Made by a program: the position numbers and the translations under genes. Shown piece after piece: positions 12,716-25,447 of a stretch of 64,000 nucleotides of DNA. Source of the stretch: Malacoraja senta. Its lineage: Eukaryota. Location of the stretch: NCBI GenBank assembly GCA_038087875.1, contig CM075996.1:312001-376000 (forward strand), given 5' to 3'. The notes beneath the pieces were generated by a model. The model was not told where the DNA came from. It searched no databases and was given only the letters and a program-made list of their open reading frames with translations. Numbering within the stretch: the stretch's first letter is position 1; each line of letters opens with the position of its first letter.

Positions 12716-13484
12716 TAACACTATCCTGGGGATCATGACAGAAGCCCCCTCGTGGCGATCCCCGGAAGCGACGACACGGTGCACTCTGCGACGCGTCGGG
12801 TGACCAATTCTGTCGACATGTTGGACGACGACAGAAGCCAACAGCGAGCAACGCCGTCTTATACATGAGTGAACGAACATTATCCTACACACAGGGACAA
12901 TTTACAATTACACCAAGTCAATCAACCTACAAACCTGTACATCTTTGCGATGTGGGAGGAAAACTGAGATCCTGGAGAAAACCCACACAGGTCACGGGGA
13001 GAACGTACCAACTCCAACTAGCACCCATAGTCAGGATTGAACCAGAGTCTCTGGCACTGTAAGGCAGCAACTCTACCATTCAATCACAGCTGATCTATCT
13101 TTCCCTCTCAACCCCATACTCCTGTCTTCTCCCCATAATCCTTGGCACCTTTACTAATCAAGAATCTATCTATTTCTGCCTTAAAAATATCCATTGACTT
13201 GGCTTCCGCAGCCATTTGTGGCAAAGAATTCCACAGATTCTCCACCTTCATCTTTGACACAGACATTGTGGGCTGAGGGGACAGTTCCTGTGTTGTACTT
13301 TTCAATTGATAGACACAAAATGCTGGAGTAACTCAGCTGGGATAGGCAGCATCTCTGGAGAGAAGGAATGGGTGACGCTTCTGGTCTCGACCCGAAACGT
13401 CACCCATTCCTTCTCTCCAGAGATGCTGCCTGTCCCGCTGAGTTACTCCAACATTCTGAGTCTATCTTCAGTTTAAACCAGCAT

Positions 13485-14030
13485 AAGATCATAAGTTCAT
13501 GTGATGGGTGTAGAATTACGCCATTCAGCCCATCAAGTCTACTCCGCCATTCGATCATGGCTAATCTATCTCTCCCTCCTAACCCCATTCTCCTGCCTTC
13601 TCCCCATAACCTCTGACACCCGTACTAATCAAGAATCTATCTACCTTGGCCTCCGCAAGCCTTCTGTGGCAAAGAATTCCACAGATTCACCACCTTCTGA
13701 CTAAAGAAATTCCTCCTCATCTCCATCCTAAAAGAATGTCCTTTAATTCTGAGGCTATGACCTCTAGTCCGAGGTGAAAACATCCTCTCCACATCCACTC
13801 TACCCAAGCCTTTCACTATTCTGTAAGTTTCAATGAGGTCCCCCCCCCCCCTCATTCTTCTAAACTCCAGCGAGTACAAGCCCAGTGCCGACAAATGCTC
13901 CTCATAGGTTAACCTACTCATTCCTGGGATCATTTTTGTAAACCTCCTCTGGACCTTCTCCAGAGCCAGCACATCCTTCCTCAAGTATGGTGTCCAAAAT
14001 TGCTCACAATACTCCAAATGCGCCTTATAG
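13485..14030 (-). mobile_element. CR1 LINE 3' fragment
   Basis: LEYCEQFWTPYLRKDVLALEKVQRRFTKMIPG...NLWNSLP. Confidence 0.92.
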
Positions 14031-14311
14031 TATATATATAGTATATATGTATGTAGTTTGTTTGTTTATACTATTCTTATAACAAATGTAAAGCACTTTG
14101 GCCAATGAGAGTTGTTTTTTAAATGTGCTATATAAATAAATGTGACTTGACTTGACTTCTAGAGCCTCAGCATTACATCCCTGTTTTTGTATACAAGCCC
14201 TCTTGAAATAAATGCATCTGAAATAGCATTGAGTTTGCTTTCTTCTGCAGTTCCTTCCTACACATTTGTACTACTTTCTGCGTTCTACGAGGGAGCAAAG
14301 AGTGCACTTAC

Positions 14312-14710
14312 GTAGTCGATCTCTTCATCGTAGACGCCCCTCTCTTTCCTGCTGTTCATCTTGGGGAAGATCTCCTTGAGGGTGTCGGGGCCAGTCCCGT
14401 TGGATCCGCGGTGGTCGACGGTGACGGTGGCCAGGCTGTTCTTCCTCGCCGCCGCCGCCGCCGCCACCGCCGCGGCCGCCGCCGGCTGCATGTTGGGCAC
14501 CAGGAGGAGTTCAGGCAGATCGCAGGAGCCCTTGGTGTCCAGGGAGAGGGCGCGGCGATGCATCAGGCTGGAGCCGGGGGTGTTGTGGGAGAGAAGGGAG
14601 CCGTGTTCTCCGGAGCGGACGGCGCGCTTCTGGCTGGACGCCCGGCCCATACTGTTCCAGCTGGCCCTGCGGCTGCTCCACGGGATGTAATGGGAGCCGC
14701 GCAGGCTGGG
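14312..14710 (-). CDS. CACNA1I: T-type Ca channel exon: II-III linker (large GC-rich exon)
   Basis: ctccgcAG|PSLRGSHYIPWSSRRASWNSMGRASS...GEHGSLLS...RRALSLDTKGS...GVYDEEIDY|GTAAGT; 399 nt, phase 0/0. Confidence 0.93.
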
Positions 14711-14892
14711 CTGCGGAGAGGAGACAAGGAGGGTTCAGCAGCAGGTACAACAAAGGGGGGGGGGCACCTCGGCCCCACGACACCACCGCGAGGTGGGTCA
14801 CACCTCAGAAACCCCGAGAGAGAACAGGAAGGTAGCAGCGTAGAGATGAAGATGAAGATGATGACAAACACGGTTAAAGGGCAATCTTAATA

Positions 14893-15941
14893 CACTCATA
14901 TGTTGAAAGAATGGAGCGGCTGGGCTTGTGTACGCTGGAGTACAGAAGGATGAGAGAGGATCTTATTGAACCATATAAGATTATTATGGGGAGACAAAAA
15001 TGCTGGAGAAACTCAGGGGGTGAGGCAGCATCTATGGACATACTAGAGGCAGGAAACATGTTCCCGATGTTGGGGGAGTCCAGAACCAGGGGCCACAGTT
15101 TAAGAATAAGGGGTAAGCCATTTTGAACGGAGACGAGGAAACACTTTTTCTCACAGAGAGTGGTGAGTCCGTGGAATTCTCTGCATCAGAGGGCGGTGGA
15201 GGCAGGTTCTCTGGATGCTTTCAAGAGAGAGCTGGATAGGGCTCTTAAAAATAGCAGAGTCAGGGGATATGGGGAGAAGGCAGGAACAGGGTACTGATTG
15301 GGGATGATCAGCCATGATCACATTGAATGGCGGTGCTGGCTCGAAGGACCGAATGGCCTACTCCTGCACCTATTGTCTATTGTCTATTGTCTAGCGAAGG
15401 AAATAGGCAACATTTCGGGTCGAAACTGAAGAAGGTCAGTCTGAACAAGGGGTTTGACCCGGAAACGTTGCCTATTTCCTTCGCTCCATAGATGCTGCCT
15501 CACCCGCTGAGTTTCTCCAGCATTTTGTCTACCTTTGATTTTCCAGCATCTGCAGTTCCTTCTTAAACAAGATTATTAAGGGATTGGACCTGCTGGAGGC
15601 AGGAAACATGTTCCCGATGTTGGGGGAGTCCAGAACCAGGGGCCACACACAGTTTAAGAATAAGGGGCAGGCCATTTAGAACGGAGATGAGGAAAACCTT
15701 TTTCACCCAGAGGGTTGTGAATCTGTGGAATTCTCTACCTCAGAAGGCAGTGGAGGCCAATTCTCTGGATGCTTTCAAGAGAGAGTTAGATAGAGCTCTT
15801 AAAGATAGCGGAGTCAAGGGATATGGGGAGAAGGCAGGAACGGAGTACTGATTGTGGATGATCAGCCATGATCACATTGAATGGCGGTGCTGGCTCGAAG
15901 GGCCGAATGGCCTAGTCCGTACCTATTTGTCTATTGTCTAT
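14893..15941 (+). mobile_element. Nested CR1 / Penelope palindrome / CR1 cluster
   Basis: Host CR1 split at aagattatta (14977-14986, 15569-15578) by a PLE palindrome, which is itself interrupted by a second CR1 3' end (about 15037-15393). Confidence 0.85.
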
Positions 15942-17452
15942 TCACTGTTCGGTGATGGAGCACTTAATTGTCTGAGTGGCAGTACTGAGAGACAGCATTG
16001 AAAGAGTACCACTGTTGGAAGGACAATGCTGAGAGAGCAACTTAGCGTTGCAGGTCAGAGCTGAAGGAGTGCTGCACGGTTGGAGGGTCACTACTAGACT
16101 GTTGGATGAGAGGGGTCCATTGTGCAGTTTAGAGATACAGCGTGGAAACAGGCCCTTCGGCCCACTGAGTCCGTGCCGACCAGCGATCACCCCATACACT
16201 GGTTCTATCCTACACACCAGGGACAATGTAGAGGGGCCAATTAACCTACAAACCTGCGTGTCTTTGAGGTGTGGGAGGAGACTGGAGCACCCGGTGAAAA
16301 CCCACGCTGTCACGGGGAGAAGGTGTCAACTCCGTTCAGACAGCACCCGTAGTCAGGATCGAACCTCAGAGCCAGCAACAATATGGGGGACCCCTACCAC
16401 CCCAGCAACGGGCTGTTCCAGCTGCTACGGTCAGGGAAACGCCTCCGCTGTCATGCGGTGAAACCAGAGAGGATGAGACGGAGTTTCTTGTGTAATATGT
16501 AAATTCTGTTCTATTCTGTTCTGTAGTTTTTTGCACAATCCGCAGGCATCGCCACTTTCATTTCACTGCACATCCTGTATGTGTATGTGACAAATAAACT
16601 TGACTTGACTTGACCGGGGTCTCTGGCGCTGTGAGACTCTACTGCTGCGCCACCGTGCCAGCCTATTGGGCATCTCTCCCGTGCAGTTTGCCCCACAGCA
16701 TTGGCGGGGACGTAGTGAATCAGGCTCACTAATCCCGTGCAAATCATGGAGAATTCAGTTGAAATATTAAACACTCACATTCACCTGCCCCACATTCCCA
16801 AATGCACTGAAGTAGCCTTAATGGAGAGTTTAAACTACACTCCAGTATTCTGAATGTGAGTGCCATCAGTATTAATCGTTTGTTGTAAGTATTCTTAACT
16901 GCTAAGCACCAGGCGCAATAAATGCTCGCTGTGTTTAATAGTGATAAATGATAACAATTTGTTTAACTCCCCCCACCCCCCCGCACTTCACCCATCTTAC
17001 CCCCTCCCCACTACCCCAGACACATTTATTATAACTAGAAATCTAGCTAATCCAACCATTCTAATCACATGGAGCAAGATTGTGAATGCATTTGTCCAGA
17101 AAGGGCTTATGTTTGCCTTGTCTACTTTTGAATGACACACACTCATTTCACCCCCCCCCCCCCCCAATCAGGAAGAATGAGTAGGCACTGGGCCTGCACT
17201 CGCTGGAGTTTAGAAGAATGAGGGGGGACCTCATTGAAACGCAGAATAGTGAAAGGCTTGGATGGAGTGGATGTGGAGAGGATGCTTCCAGTTGTGGGAG
17301 AGTCTAGGACTCGGAATTAAAGGACGTTCCTTCAGGAAGGAGATGAGGAGGGGTTTCTTTTGGCAGAGGGTGGTGAATCTGTGGAATTCATTGCCACTGA
17401 AGGCTGTGGAGGCCAAGTGAGTGGATATACTTAAGGCAGAGAAAGATCGATT

Positions 17453-17690
17453 TTTGGCGGATAGAGACGAGAGTCGATCGTTTAAATGAAGTTTTATTCG
17501 GAAACGTTTAAACTAACGATGGGTCTCATACAACCAACAAAAACTGATCCAGCCACAACGGTGGTCCAGAGCGACTGCAGGGCATCGCCCAGAGAAAGCG
17601 CGTGAAAACGCAACCCCTCCCAGTGTCACATGCCCGAGGCACCCGGCCGCAGGGTTCGACTACCTGCGAGCACCAGCAGGTGCCGCTACA
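17453..17690 (-). mobile_element. Probable solo LTR inserted in a CR1 3' fragment
   Basis: Minus strand TGTAGCGG...CCGCCAAA inverted ends; 4-bp TSD GATT (17449-17452, 17691-17694); AATAAA near the minus-strand 3' end. CR1 resumes after it. Confidence 0.68.
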
Positions 17691-18741
17691 GATTGTTGAT
17701 TAGTACGGGTGTCAGGGGTTATGGGGAGAAGGCAGGAGAATGGGGTTAGGAGGGAGAGATGGATCAGCCATGATTGAATGACAGCCGGGAGTCGGATGGC
17801 ATAATTCTGCTCCTATCACTTATAATCTTATGAAGAAGGAGCCTGAAAGCTGTAACGTCCAGGTTCAAGAACAGCTTCTTCCCAACAGCCATCACACTAT
17901 TAAACTTCACAACCTCCATTAAGCTCTGAACTACATAAGACTATTATTGTTATTATTAAATTATTAGTGCTTGTGTTTTATGTGTACGTATGTGTGCAGG
18001 TGTGTACGTGTGTGTATGTATAAATGTGTCTGTGTGTGTGTGTGTGTGTGCGTGCGTGCGTGCGTGTCTGTGTATGTGTGTGTGTGTGTGTGTTAGCATG
18101 TATATATACACACACTGAACTTTTTTTTCTTGTTTATTATATAGTTTACAATGAACCATGTTTATATTTTGTGTTGTGTTCCTGCAAGTAAGAATTTCAA
18201 TGCAGATAGGCACAAAAAGCTGGAGTAACTCAGCGGGTCAGGCAGCATCTCTGGAGAGAAGGAATGGGTGACGTTTCCGGTCCGGACCTTCAGACTTTCG
18301 TTGAACTATTTGGGACATATGACAATTAAAAATAAAACACTCTTGACTCTTGAACGGACTTAAGGAAAATCAGCCTGGGAGGTGGAAGGATGTTGAGATT
18401 CTATAACGGGGAGGTTAAGCTTAGTTCAGAGGTACAGTGCGGAAACCGGCTGTCTGTACGGAGTTTGCACGTTCTCCCTGTGACCTGCGTGTGTTTTCTC
18501 CGAGATCTTTGGTTTCCTCCCACACTCCAAAGACGTACAGGTTTGTAGGTTAATTGGCTTGGTATAAATGTAGAATTGTCCCTAGTCTGTGTAGGATAGC
18601 GTTAGTGTGCGGGGATCGCTGGTCAGTGCGGACTCGGTGGGCCGAAGGGCTTGTTTTCGTGCTGTATCTCTAAACTAAACTAAATTTAAGTACCTAAAGT
18701 TAAAACCCAATATTACGCGCATGTGCAGCCATAGATGACTA

Positions 18742-19045
18742 GTTTAGTTTAGAGATACAGCGCGGAAACAGGCCCTTCGGCCCACCGGGTTTGCGCCGAC
18801 CAGCGATCCCAGCACATTAACACTATCCTACACACTCTGGGGACAATTTTTTACATTTACCAAGCCAATTTGCCTACATACCTGCACGTCTTTGGCGTGT
18901 GGGCGGACACGGAAGATCTCGGAGAAAACCCACGCAGGTCACGGGGAGAACGTACAGACTCCGTACAGACAGCGCCCGTAGATGGGATCGAACCCGCGTC
19001 TCTGGCGCTGTAAGGCAGCAAATCTACCGCTGCTCCACCGTGCCG
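18742..19045 (-). mobile_element. tRNA-derived V-SINE (HE1-like)
   Basis: Full-length reverse copy, adjacent to a forward partial copy at 18450-18684. Confidence 0.86.
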
Positions 19046-19159
19046 TGAATTCTAGGTTCTTTTGGTTTAATTTGGCATCATGTTCGGCACAGCCATTGTG
19101 GAAGGGCCTGTTCCTGTGGTGGACCGTTCTAAGTTCTACACTCACCACGCGGTTCTTAC

Positions 19160-19353
19160 CAAAGATTTCTGGTCGAAGTTGACCTTGGTCAGCGAGGTCA
19201 TGCTGCTCTTCCTCAAGCCCGTGAAGCTTCGGAAGTTTTCGGGCTGCAGTGAAATCCGGGATGACGTCATGATTCCTGATCCGATGGATAGGTTCTGGGG
19301 AGACAGGTCCAGGTGGCCGTTGGGGGTCATCGCCACCGGACACCCCTTCACCT
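19160..19353 (-). CDS. CACNA1I: T-type Ca channel exon: II-III linker
   Basis: ctcAG|(E)VKGCPVAMTPNGHLDLSPQ...SSRISLQPE...RKSSMTSLTKVNFDQKSL|GTAAGA; 194 nt, phase 1/0. MTPNGHLD, SLQP, RKSS and DQxSL match Cav3.3. Confidence 0.92.
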
Positions 19354-20241
19354 CTGAGTCCACGACAAACACATGGGAAAGCGGGATTAGACAGTGAGCA
19401 GGAACGCCGCTGCGCAGCTCCATACCTGAGCGGGAACAAAAAACACAGCCGCCCTATCTGCCTCTTCACCCTTGGAGTGCTCATGTCTCACTGCCTGGTC
19501 CATACACAGTTAATGCAGAATCTCACAGTAGGCCATTTGGCCCACTTTTTGTCCGTGCTACCTCTTCGAAAGAATTAACCAGTCCGCGACTGGGTTGTGG
19601 CTGCAGGGAGAGGTTGGAATCATGGAGTCATAGTCTTATAGCATAGAAACAGGCCCTTCGGCCCAACTTGCCCACACCAGCCAACGTGCCCCATCAACAC
19701 TAGTCCCACCTGCCTGCGTTTGGCCCACATCCCTCTAGGACTATCCTATCCATGTACCTGTTTCTTAAACGTTGATCTAAATGTTTCTTAAAGGTTGGAT
19801 AGATTAGGATTGTTTTCTCTGGAGAGTGGGAGGTTGAGGGGAGACCTGAGAGAAGTATAGAAAATGATGAGAGGTCTAGATAGGAAGACAGTCGGAGCCT
19901 TCTCCCCGGGTGGAATGTCCAACACTAGTGGGCAAAGATATAAGCTGAGAGAGGGGAAGTCTAATGGAGATGTGCGGGGCACGGTTTTTTGTTACGCAGA
20001 GAGCGGTGGGGGCCTGGATCGCACTGCCAGGGGTGGTGGTGGAGGCAGGAACAATAGTGATATCTAAGAGGCGTTGAACATGGAAATGCAGAGATAGAGG
20101 AACATGGATCATGTGCGGGCAGATGAGATGGGTTCAGCTCCATATTATGTTCAGTACAAACATTGTGGGCCGAAGGGCCCTTCCTTGTGCTATATGTTCT
20201 ATATTTAACTATTCCCCACACTACTGTTTGAGAGTTCCTAA

Positions 20242-21140
20242 AGGGCCTGTCCACACTTAGGTGATTTTTTAGGAGACTAGTCTGTCGCCACATGGTCGCC
20301 TGTATGATCTCCTCAGTCGCTCAAAGAATCGTGGAGTCTTCCTGGTCGCCGCAGAATTTTGAAATGTTCAAAACTTTTCGGCGACCGCTGTCTTGACGCC
20401 AATGGGGGTGGCATGATGTAGCCTGATGTAGGTGCTATCGCCAGGATGATGTAGGATGTCGCCAGGGTGACGTAGGTAGTTGCCGGTGATGACATCGGTG
20501 AATTCCATTAAAGTTATATTATAGATAATTAAAATTTTAATGTTATTATAATATTTTTGTATGCACAGTTGCATGTTAAAGTTATATTATAGATAATTTA
20601 AATTTCAATATAATTATAATATTTTTGTACGCACAGTTGTATGTTAAAGTTATATTATAGATAATTTAAATATTAATATTATTATAATATTTTTGTAAGC
20701 ACAGTGTATGTTAAAGTTATATTATACATCATTTAAATTTTAATATTATTATGATATTGTTGTATGCACAGTTGTATGTTAAAGTTATATTATAGATAAT
20801 TTAAATATTAATATTATTATAATATTTTTGTAAGCACAGTGTATGTTAAAGTTATATTATACATCATTTAAATTTTAATATTATTATGATATTGTTGTAT
20901 GCACAGTTGTATGTTAAAGTTATATTATAATTTAAATTTTAATATTATTATAATATTTTTGTAAGCACAGTTGTTTGTTAAAGTTATATTAGAGATAATT
21001 TAAATTTTAATGTTATTATAATATTTTCGTATGCACTGTTGGATGTCGTAGGGGCGTACAGTCGCCGTTTTTTCGGCGACCTGCAACGACTAAGACAGTC
21101 GCGGCAGTCGCCGAAAAAATCGCCAAGTGGGACAGGCCCT
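20242..21140. mobile_element. PIF/Harbinger-type MITE carrying an AT-rich minisatellite
   Basis: AGGGCCTGTCCACACT...AGTGGGACAGGCCCT ends; TAA on the left. Confidence 0.75.
20508..21036. repeat. AT-rich minisatellite, 8 x ~67-68 bp
   Basis: Unit ttaaagttatattatagataatttaaattttaatattattataatatttttgtatgcacagttgtatg. Confidence 0.95.
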
Positions 21141-21353
21141 AAATGCATCTGCTTGTATGTTTCTTTCCAGAATCAGAGTATCTCATTTCATAAGGAAATG
21201 TTTCCCCGCCTCATCCTCTTCAATGTCTGCCCTCTGATTACCAATCTCCCTGCCGTTGGCAAGAGCTTCATCCTATCCCCTCCGTTGGACCATAAGTCAT
21301 CCCACCACAAGAGGGCAGCGCCTGCCCCAGTGAGGGGCACCAGGGGCCGCTAC

Positions 21354-21444
21354 CTGACAAGTAGTGCATTTCTTTCATCTTTTCGCAGTCTTCAAAGTTG
21401 GTTGACGTTTGTTCTTCCTCGGAGTCGAACTTGTTGGCGTTGCC
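21354..21444 (-). CDS. CACNA1I: T-type Ca channel exon: start of II-III linker
   Basis: ctccAG|GNANKFDSEEEQTSTNFEDCEKMKEMHYLS+G|GTAGCG; 91 nt, phase 0/1. Resembles Cav3.3 GDANRSYSDEDQSSSN. Confidence 0.9.
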
Positions 21445-21907
21445 CTGGAGATGGATGCACCAGAGGGGAAATTAGTACATAGATTTAGGAAGGGAAACAC
21501 ACAAAAGATTGGTCATGCCCTCCTGGGTAGCCGGAAATGCTGGAGAAACTCAGCGGGTGAGGCAGCATCTATGGAGCGAAGGAAATAGGTGACGTTTCGG
21601 GTTGAGACCCTTCTTCAGACCTTCGCTCCATAGATGCTGCCCCACCCGCTGAGTTTCCCCAGCATTTTTGTCTACCTTCGACTTTTCCAGCATCTGCAGT
21701 TCTTTCTTAAACACAATATCATGCCTTCCTGGAGTAATTTCACCCCTGCCATCGGTAAGAAGGTACAGGAGCCTGAAAACTGTAACGTCCAGGTTCAGGA
21801 GCAGCTACTTCCCTACAGCCATCAGGCTATTAAATACTACAACCTCAAACAAGCTCTGAACTACATTATTATTATTATTATTATTACACTACTATCATTT
21901 GTTTTTT

Positions 21908-21908
<1 letters not shown>

Positions 21909-21956
<48 letters not shown>

Positions 21957-21977
21957 TGTGTGTGTGTGAGTGTGTGT

Positions 21978-22027
<50 letters not shown>
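21909..22027. repeat. (GT)n microsatellite in a Rex1-like 3' UTR
   Basis: Directly visible. Confidence 0.95.
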
Positions 22028-22029
<2 letters not shown>

Positions 22030-22489
22030 AGTGTGTGTGGACACACCGAACATTTTTCTCTCTCGTTTATCATATTGTTCACAGTGTACTATGTTTACAT
22101 ATTCTGTTGTGCTGCAGCAAGTAAGAATTTCATTGTTCTATCTGGGACATATGACAATAAAACACTCTCCCTGTGACCGCGTGCCTTATCTCCGAGATCT
22201 TCGGTTTCCTCCCACGCTCCAAAGACATAAAGATTTATCGGTTAATTGGATTGGTATCAGTGTTTTTTTTTTTAATTGTCCCTGGTGTGTGTAGGATAGC
22301 ATTAACGTGCGGGGATCGCAGGTCGGCGCGGACTCGGTGGGCCCAAGGGACCGTTTCCGCGATGTATCTCCAAACAAAACTAAACTACTCTACCCTATCC
22401 CTATCTCGATTAGACAATTCAAGTTATCAACTCTACATTCTATCAAGCAATCCAAGGGATATGAGCAGCAATTTGATGCAACTTCTTAC

Positions 22490-22645
22490 CTCTGCTTGAA
22501 AGCCCTCCACCAAGATGGCGACCAACAGGTTGAAGAGGACGTAGTTACCGAAGGTCATCAAGGCGACAAAGTACAAGGATGCCCAAGGTGAGGTGGAAGC
22601 CATCCCATTGTAAAGCACCACGTTCCAGTCCTCCTGTGTCAGGAT
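22490..22645 (-). CDS. CACNA1I: T-type Ca channel exon: domain II pore loop and S6
   Basis: cat[60 protein letters not shown]; 156 nt, phase 0/0. Contains the domain II selectivity-filter Glu (TQEDW). Confidence 0.97.
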
Positions 22646-25183
22646 CTATGAGGGGGGGGGGCATTGGGGGTGGAGGTAGGGCACAGAGGCAGAGAGTCGG
22701 GTGAGGGAAAGGAAAGAAAGGTTTATTATTGACCAAACAATATCGCTCATTGGCCAGAAGAGATTTTTACATTGCATTCTAGAGTTGCTGCCTCACAGCA
22801 CCAGAGACCTGGGTTCGATCCTGACTGCGGGTGCTGTCTTGATTAGTACGGGTGTCGGGGGTTATGGGGAGAAGGCAGGACAATGGGGTTAGCAGGGAGA
22901 GATAGATCAGCCATGCTTGAATGGCAGAGTCGACTTGATGGGCCGAATGGCCTAATTCTACTCCGATCACTTATGACCTGTCTGTACGGAGTTTGTACCT
23001 TCTCCCCATGACCGCGTGGATTTTCCCCGACTGATCCGGTTTCCTCCCACAATCCAAAGACGTGCAGGTCTGTAGGTTAATTATCTTTGGGTAAAATTGT
23101 AAATTGTCCCTAGTGTGTAGGATAGTGCTAGTGTACGGGGTGATCACTGGTCGGCACGGACTGGGTGGGCCGAAGGGCCTGTTTCCACTATTTATCTCTA
23201 AAGTTCTAAACCAAAGAAGCAGCATAGAAATATATTTAAGAACTGCAGATGCTGGATAAATGGAAGGTAGACAAAAATGGTGGAGAAACTCAGCGGGTGA
23301 GGCAGCATCTATGGAGCGAAGGAAATAGGAGACCATTCGGGTCGAGACCTTTCTTCAGTCTGAAGAAGGGTCTCGACCCGAAACGTCTCCTATTCCTTCG
23401 CTCCGTAGATGCTGCCTCACCCGCTGAGTTTCTCCAGCATAGAAATATATATGTGCAGAAAGGAACTGCAGATGCTGGTTTAAATGGCAGATAGACACAA
23501 AATGCTGGAGTAACTCAGCGGGACAGGCAACGTCTCTGGAGAGAAGGAATGGGTGACGTTTCGGGTCGAGACCCTTTTTCAGACGTAGAAATATAAGCAG
23601 CTTTTAATATGAGGATGATAAGGAACAACTTCTTTCAGAGGGTTGTTATTCTTTACAATTTTCTACCCCAGAGAGCACTAGAGATGAGACCCTTGAAAAT
23701 GTACAGGGATTGACAGATATTTGAATTGCAAGGTAGACAAAGCATGAAAGGAGAGTTAGAACGGCTTGAGGCCAAGTCAGGATCTGCCATGATCTCATTG
23801 AATGGAGAAACAAACTCATGGAGCCGGTTGTCCTACTCCTGCTCCTGTTTGGGACAGCCTGAGGAAGAATCTTGACCCGCAATGTCACAAAGGGCAGCGG
23901 TGGAGTCGCTGCCTTACAGCGCTTGCAGCGGCGGAGACCCGGGTTCCATCCCGAGTACAGGTGCTGTCTGTCCGCAGTTTGCACGTTCTCCCCGTGACCT
24001 GCGCGGGTTTTCCCCGAGATCTCCGGTTTCCTCCCACACTCCAAAGACGTACAGGTTTGTAAGTCACTTGGCTACTGTAATTTGTAAATTGTCCCTGGAG
24101 TCCCTGTACAAGTGATCACTGGTCGGCGCGGACCCGGTGGTCCGAAGGACCTGTTTACACACTGTTTCTCTCAAGTCTCAAGTAAAGTCAATATCTCAAA
24201 TCCATTTTTCTGTCTATATCCCTTAAGGGCCTGTCCCACTTATGCGATTTTTTTCGGCAACTCAGTGGGTCACCGTAGATCTATGGAGGGAAGTGGGTAG
24301 ACAACGTTTCAGGTTGGGACTCTTCTTCAGACTGATCGCCTGTAGTGCATATTGATGAGCTGAAATCACGTCAAGCTGAAATTAATAGCTATTTCTGATT
24401 CTTAAGGGCCTGTCCCACTTACGCGATTTTTTTACCCGTCCAAGTCGCAGCAGGTTGCCGAAAATGTTCAACATGTTGAGAATCCAGCGGCAACCAGAAA
24501 ATGGTACGACTCTTTGGGCGACTACTCACGACCAAACAGGCGTCACGTGTCGACATGTCCCGGGGTGACGCCAGTTTGGTGGTGAGTAGTCACCCAAAGA
24601 GTCAATAGGCAATAGACAATAGGTGCAGGAGTAGGCCATTCGGCCCTTCGAGCCAGCACCGCCGTTAAATGTCGTGCCATTTTCTGGTCGCTGCTGGATT
24701 TTCAACATGTTGAACATTTTCGGCAACCTGCTGCGACTATGACGGGTAAAAAAATCGCGTAAGTGGGACAGGCCCTTAAGAATCAGAAATAGCTATTAAT
24801 TTCAGCTTGACATGATTTCAGCTCATCAATATGCACTACAGGCGATCAGTCTGAAGAAGAGTCCCAACCTGAAACGTTGTCTACCCACTTCCCTCCATAG
24901 ATCTATGGTGACCCACTGAGTTCCTCCAGCACTTTGGGGTTTTATTGCTCAACATTACAACATCTGCCATCTCTTTTGCCTCTCTCTACTGTAAGATCCT
25001 GCGTTAGAGAATTCCAAAGATTCAAAATCTTCGACTCATTTCTAAATGGCTGACCGCTTACCCGGAAAGTCTTCCGGCGGTTCTAGATTTTCCTTGCTGA
25101 GATACCAACTTCCCAGCAACAATCGCTGTCGCGTAGAATTGGCAGGAACCCAAGCACTTCACAAAAGTAGGCTTGTCATATGC

Positions 25184-25447
25184 GGAGGAAGGAACTGCAG
25201 ATGCTGGTTTACATCGAAGATGGACACAAAATGCTGGAGTAACTCAGCGGGTCAGGCAGCATATCTGGATAGAAGGAATGGGTGACGTTTCAGGTCCAGA
25301 CCCTTCTTCAGACTGGTCAAGTTCAAGTTCGGACTGAATTCACATCCTTCAGGCTGAAGAAGGGTCTTGACCCGAAATGTCACCCATTCCTTCTCTCCAG
25401 AGATGCTGCCTGTCCCGCTCAGTTACTCCAGCATTTTGTGTCTATCT
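25184..25447. mobile_element. Palindromic Penelope pLTR insertion with 16-bp target duplication
   Basis: taggcttgtcatatgc at 25168-25183 and 25448-25463 flanks the inverted arms. Confidence 0.85.

Noticed and set aside
14361..14890. Plus-strand and alternative-frame ORFs over the GC-rich exon
   Set aside because: Shadow ORFs of the CACNA1I coding exon.
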